Assembly: GCA_964016885.1 (NCBI GenBank)
Contig: OZ024764.1
Span: forward strand, 25,730,001-25,794,000
DNA: 64,000 nucleotides
Reading direction: 5' to 3'
Source of the DNA: Eledone cirrhosa
Taxonomy: Eukaryota
Part shown: in pieces, positions 59,586 to 64,000 of the stretch
Numbering within the stretch: position 1 is the stretch's first letter
Layout: every line of letters starts with the position of its first letter
Translations under genes and position numbers: made by a program
The notes under the pieces: generated by a model
Databases searched by the model: none
The model's input: the letters and a program-made list of their open reading frames with translations, nothing else
Told to the model about the DNA's origin: nothing

Positions 59586-62237
59586 TGGGTAGGTAAGGAT
59601 GATGGGTTAGGGGGAGTAGGCATTTTCCTGGCTGAGAAATGGATCAATAAGACAATAGAGGTAGTTCGAGTTAGTAATCGAATAATTAAGCTTAGATTAG
59701 TTGTAGGTAGGAGACTACTGACAATCATCTCGGCCTATGCTCCCCAAGCAGGCCTAGGAAAAGATGAGAATGACTGCTTTTATGAGCAACTTTTGCAAAC
59801 AACTGCAATGACAGAGGACGGAGACATCGTTATGCTAGCAGGAGACTTCAATGGTCATGTTCGACAGCTCCAGGATGGTTACACTGGGGTACATGGTGGG
59901 CACTGTTATGGCTCAAGAAATGAAGAAGGAGTGAGACTTCTTGAATTTTGTGATGCAGTTACATTGACTATTTGCAACACAAACTTCCAGAAACCTGCCA
60001 ATCACCTAATAACCTACAAATCTGGTGAGCACATAAGCCAGATTGACTTCTTGCTAGTTAGGCAGCGGGACAGGCAGATAGTGTCTAATACCAAGGCATA
60101 CCCTGGGGAAGAATGTACCCCACAGCATAGGTTAGTTGTTAGTGATATCTCAGTAAGCAAGATATGGAATGAGACATATAGGAAGGTGTGGAGAAGAAAG
60201 GTCTGGAAACTAAAAGACCTTTCATTAAAATACAAATTTAGGAAAGCCCTTCAAGATGTATATGACGAAAAAGAAGACGATTTAGAGACGTATGACATAT
60301 ATAATAACTGGAATTTCTTACGTGACAACTTGCTGCAGGCTACTGATGAAACTTGTGGCTGGAGCAGAGCTCCAACCAGACAGAGAGTGACCTGGTGGTG
60401 GAACAGCACAGTAGATAAGGCTATTAGAGACAAAAGACTAGCATGGCAGGCTTGGAAAAGGGGTGGAAGTAGGGAAGAATATACAGCCACTAAGAGAGAA
60501 GCTAAACGTCAGGTGTACTTAGCACGCAGAGAGGCGGAGAGTAGGAGGTTTGCCAATGTTCTGCAACAAGAAGATCAGAGGCATGCGGTGTTCCACATTG
60601 CAAGGCAGTGTGTCAATGCAAATCAGGATGTTGTTGGAGATAAATGTGTCCGGGATGATGCCGGTGTACTTAGTGTCACGAATGATCAGAAAAAGGAGGT
60701 CTGGAAATGTCATTATGAGAGACTGATGAATGTGGAGAACAAATGGGAGAGAGATAAATTACCCTTAGTAGATCCGACAGAGGGACCAGCTATTGAGATT
60801 GACGAATATAGGGACCAAGAGGCGATTAGGGAAATGAAAAATGGTAAGGCTGCCGGACCATCGGGAATAGTTGCTGAGATGCTGAAGGCATCAGGGGACG
60901 TGGGAACTAAACTGGTTGCACGCATCATCAATTAGGCTATATTTGGTGGTGTCATACCCAAAGACTGGTGCAGCAGTATTCTCATAAATTGCTACAAAGG
61001 TAAAGGGGATGCTTTGGAGAGGAGCAATTATAGGGGTATAAAACTGATAGATCAGGTTATGAAAGTGGCAGAAAGGATTTTAGCACAACTAATTAGAGAA
61101 AGGGTCAAACTAGACGACATGCAGTTTGATTTTGTGTCTGGGAAGAGTACAACAGATGCCCTCTTCTTGGTGAGACAATTGCAAGAGAGGTTTTAGAGAA
61201 GAATAAGCCACTATACTTAGCCTTTGTTGACCTAGAGAAGGCCTTTGATAGGGTACGCCAATCTGTCATCTGGTGGTCCCTAAGGAAGCTGGGTGTCGAG
61301 GAATGGCTTGTGAGGACAGTGCAAACTTTGTACAGAGGTACTCTCAGTAAAGTCAGGGTAGGAATGGAGTTTAGTGAGGAATTCCAGATACAAGTAGGAG
61401 TACATCAGGGTTCGGTCCTCAGCCCGCTCTTGTTCATTATAGTCCTCCAAGCCATAACAGAGAAGTTTAAGACTGGCTGTCCATGGGAACTTCTCTATGC
61501 TGACGATCTGGTTCTTATACCAGAATCAGTAGAGGAGCTAGAGAATACATTCTGGCTATGAAAATAGCAGTTGGAAGCAAGAGGACTGAGAGTGAATCTA
61601 GCTAAGACAAAAGTTTTGATGAGTAGAAAAGAGGACAAAACCCTGATTCCGTCAGGGAAATGGCCATGTTCGATATGCAGAAAAGGAACTGGCATAAATT
61701 CTATAAAATGCACACAATGCAGATGATGGGTACACAAGAGATGTAGCAGGATAGCAAGCAAACTCACAGGTAGGGAGAAATATGTATGCAGAAGATGTAC
61801 AGGGAAATTAGACAGTAGAAGTCGCACTGATAGACACATTTTTCAAATGCAGGAGGACGCTATAGAAGTGGTGGATAGCTTCCGGTACCTAGGAGATCAG
61901 ATTAGCATGGGAGGAGGGTGTTCCTAGGCCATAGTATCTAGAATAAGGACAGGTTAGAAGAAGTTTAGGGAGCTGCTTCCTCTGTTGACGAAGAAGGGTT
62001 TCTCCCTGCGTACGAAAGGCCGGTTGTATGATGCCTGTGTGAGGAGCGCGATGCTGCATGGTAGTGAGACATGGGCAGCAACTGCAAAGGATATGCGACG
62101 GCTGGAGAGAAATGAGGCAAGCATGCTCCGTTGGATGTGCAGTGTAAATGTGCGTGAATGACCCAGCATAAATGTATTGAGAGAGAAACTGTGTCTGAGG
62201 GGGATAGAATGTAGTGTACGGGAGAGGAGACTGAGCC
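59583..62237 (+). mobile_element. RTE LINE ORF (APE, RT, Cys/His finger), disrupted by stops and frameshifts
   Basis: GGVGIFL, SAYAPQ, GDFNGHV, QIDF, NYRGIKL, FVDLEKAFDRV, GVHQGSVLSPLLF, LLYADDL, FRYLGD, MLHGSETW. Confidence 0.93.
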
Positions 62238-62745
62238 AATATAGCAGTTTTTGGTCCAAGATAGACTACTTTCCTTATCTATATTACTCTCACTTTGGAG
62301 CTCCCTGGCAACGTATCCATGCATGATTTTTTGCTGATAGGCATGCAGTTTTTCATCCATGGATTCACTGCGATACTGCTGAGCGACATCCCTGGGTGTG
62401 AGTTTTTTATTATCACACAGGGAATATCTCTCAAGGAGTTCCTTCCCAACTCTCATGATCTTATCTGTTTCATGCAGATAGAATTGCTTGAGAAGCGGGC
62501 TCCTACGCTTCGAGGTTCGTAGATGTTGTCGGAGAGATATGATGCAACATTCAAATGTTGTCTGGACTGATGTTAGGCCTCTGCCTCCCTGCTTACTTTT
62601 CAAGTAAAGGCGGTCTATGTCACTGTTGATGTGGAAGTTTCTGGTGTTGTTCAGTATTTATCGAGTTCCAACATCAACTGCTCGGATTTCGTCTATCGTC
62701 CAATTGAGTATTCCAAACGTTGGTGTTAGGACAGGCACCGCAAAC
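62238..62745 (-). mobile_element. R4/Dong-like non-LTR retrotransposon fragment
   Basis: FGILNWT..SDIDRLYLKSKQGGRGL..KIMHGYV..IDKESSLSW, the post-RT region typical of the R4 clade. Confidence 0.72.
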
Positions 62746-62871
62746 ACATTGTGAGCCACTGTTTTGTTTTGCAGAGAGTTCCGATGACCAGATCTTTCTT
62801 ATGTATGTATGTATGTATGTATGTATGTATGTATGTATGTATGTATGTATGTATGTATGTATGTATGTATG

Positions 62872-63480
62872 TCAGGTCACCAGTTGGTGCTACTGGTAAC
62901 ATGTATCCCAGTACAACCTGTCTCATGGTCGGGTTTGTTGGCGACTAAACTGGCAACCCCACCAAGGTTTCTTGGTGAGGAGGGTGACTTTGGACATCCT
63001 GCAGGACTAAAAACAAAACCTGTCAAAGGGCAAAGGAGCTCTTAAGAGTCATTGGCCATCCAAAATCACCGGGAGAGATGACCCCTTAGCCTTTGTCAAG
63101 GCAGAATTCTAGCAGAAGGAAAACTCTGATATAACACCTGCAACCCTGATGGTATCCAATGATGTTGACTTGTTCTTCTTTTTGGTAAATATCATCTTGG
63201 TTAAGAGAGTGGGACTGGCTTTGTGCAGTGCCTTTGCTCACTATAAAAGCTTCACGGCACAGGCATTGCTTTATATCTGGAGATCTCTCTGCACTTGTCG
63301 TCACATGGTATCATGGGCCCAGCACTATGTGTCAATAATTGTCACAAGTGTAGTGTTTGTACCAGAGTTTTCAAGTCGCTGGCTGGACTAAAGTCACATT
63401 CGTTCAGCGCATCGGTAGGAGTTCTCCTACATGGATATAAAGTAGTGGTCGTACTCGAAAACGAGTTGGCAGCCACCATG
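62872..63480 (+). mobile_element. Internally deleted RTE-derived non-autonomous element between (TATG)n tracts
   Basis: 3' part encodes the C2H2-like CSVCTRVFKSLAGLKSH. Similar pieces at about 22600-22920. Confidence 0.55.
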
Positions 63481-63489
63481 TATGTATGT

Positions 63490-64000
63490 ATGTATGGAAA
63501 GACCTAACTAAAGCAAGGAACTTATCAGAGCAACCAAGTTTCTGGAGAACCTTCCATATTGCATTTCTGTTAACAGTATCGAAAGCTTTTGTCAGATCGA
63601 CAAAAACCTGATACAGATACAAACCTTGTTCCATGCACTTCTACTGGAGCTGTCTAGCTGAGAAGATCGTATCAGTAGTGCTGCGTCCAGCACGAAAACC
63701 AGATTGACTTTCAGGAAGAACACAATCTGCAATGTGTGTCAGCAGACGGTCCAGAAGCACCCTACATAAAACTTTCCCTACGACAGAAAGCAATGATATA
63801 CCTCTGTAGTTCCCACAATCATTCCTGTTACCCTTTCCCTTGTACAAGACCACCATTACTGCATCTTTCCAGTCCTCAGGTACGGATTCATTAGCCCATA
63901 TCCTGCCAAACAAAGAGTGAAGATGTTGCAGGAGTCTCTCACCACCATATTGTAGGAGCTCAGCATGTATGCCATCCATACCTGGAGACCTTCCACTGTT
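63490..64000 (-). mobile_element. RTE (BovB-like) RT fragment, continuing beyond the window
   Basis: PGMDGIHAELL, DCGNYRGISLLSVVGKV, LPESQSGFRAGRST, FVDLTKAFDTV, with one in-frame stop. Confidence 0.9.

Overview
Eukaryotic, AT-rich, repeat-saturated genomic DNA. A cephalopod/octopus origin is inferred from the SINE/LINE repertoire and the (TA)n load; this is not proven. Most of the supplied ORFs are microsatellite artefacts. Host gene: one spliced minus-strand gene can be rebuilt by hand from five GT-AG exons (25083 to 8456, continuing left of the window). It encodes a signal peptide, a 4-Cys module, a Thr/Pro mucin-like linker and a catalytically dead trypsin-fold (S1) domain. The last visible exon's splice donor is amplified into a 17-copy, 39-bp, in-frame minisatellite. 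Mobile elements: two Tx1/L1-type LINEs embedded in a 72-bp satellite, an apparently intact CR1-group LINE, several RTE, R4 and Penelope remnants, a non-autonomous LTR element, a solo LTR, tRNA-derived SINEs and a near-identical 4.1-kb triplication. The CR1-group ORF2 has no AUG before its endonuclease but has a U UUU UUA slippery site. The most striking hidden layer is about 24 type I hammerhead ribozyme motifs from roughly 10 sequence families. They occur in Penelope pLTRs, fold-back mini-elements and a 522-554 nt tandem retrozyme-like family that shows covarying stems and has one copy starting at the predicted self-cleavage site. All structures and alignments were made by eye.
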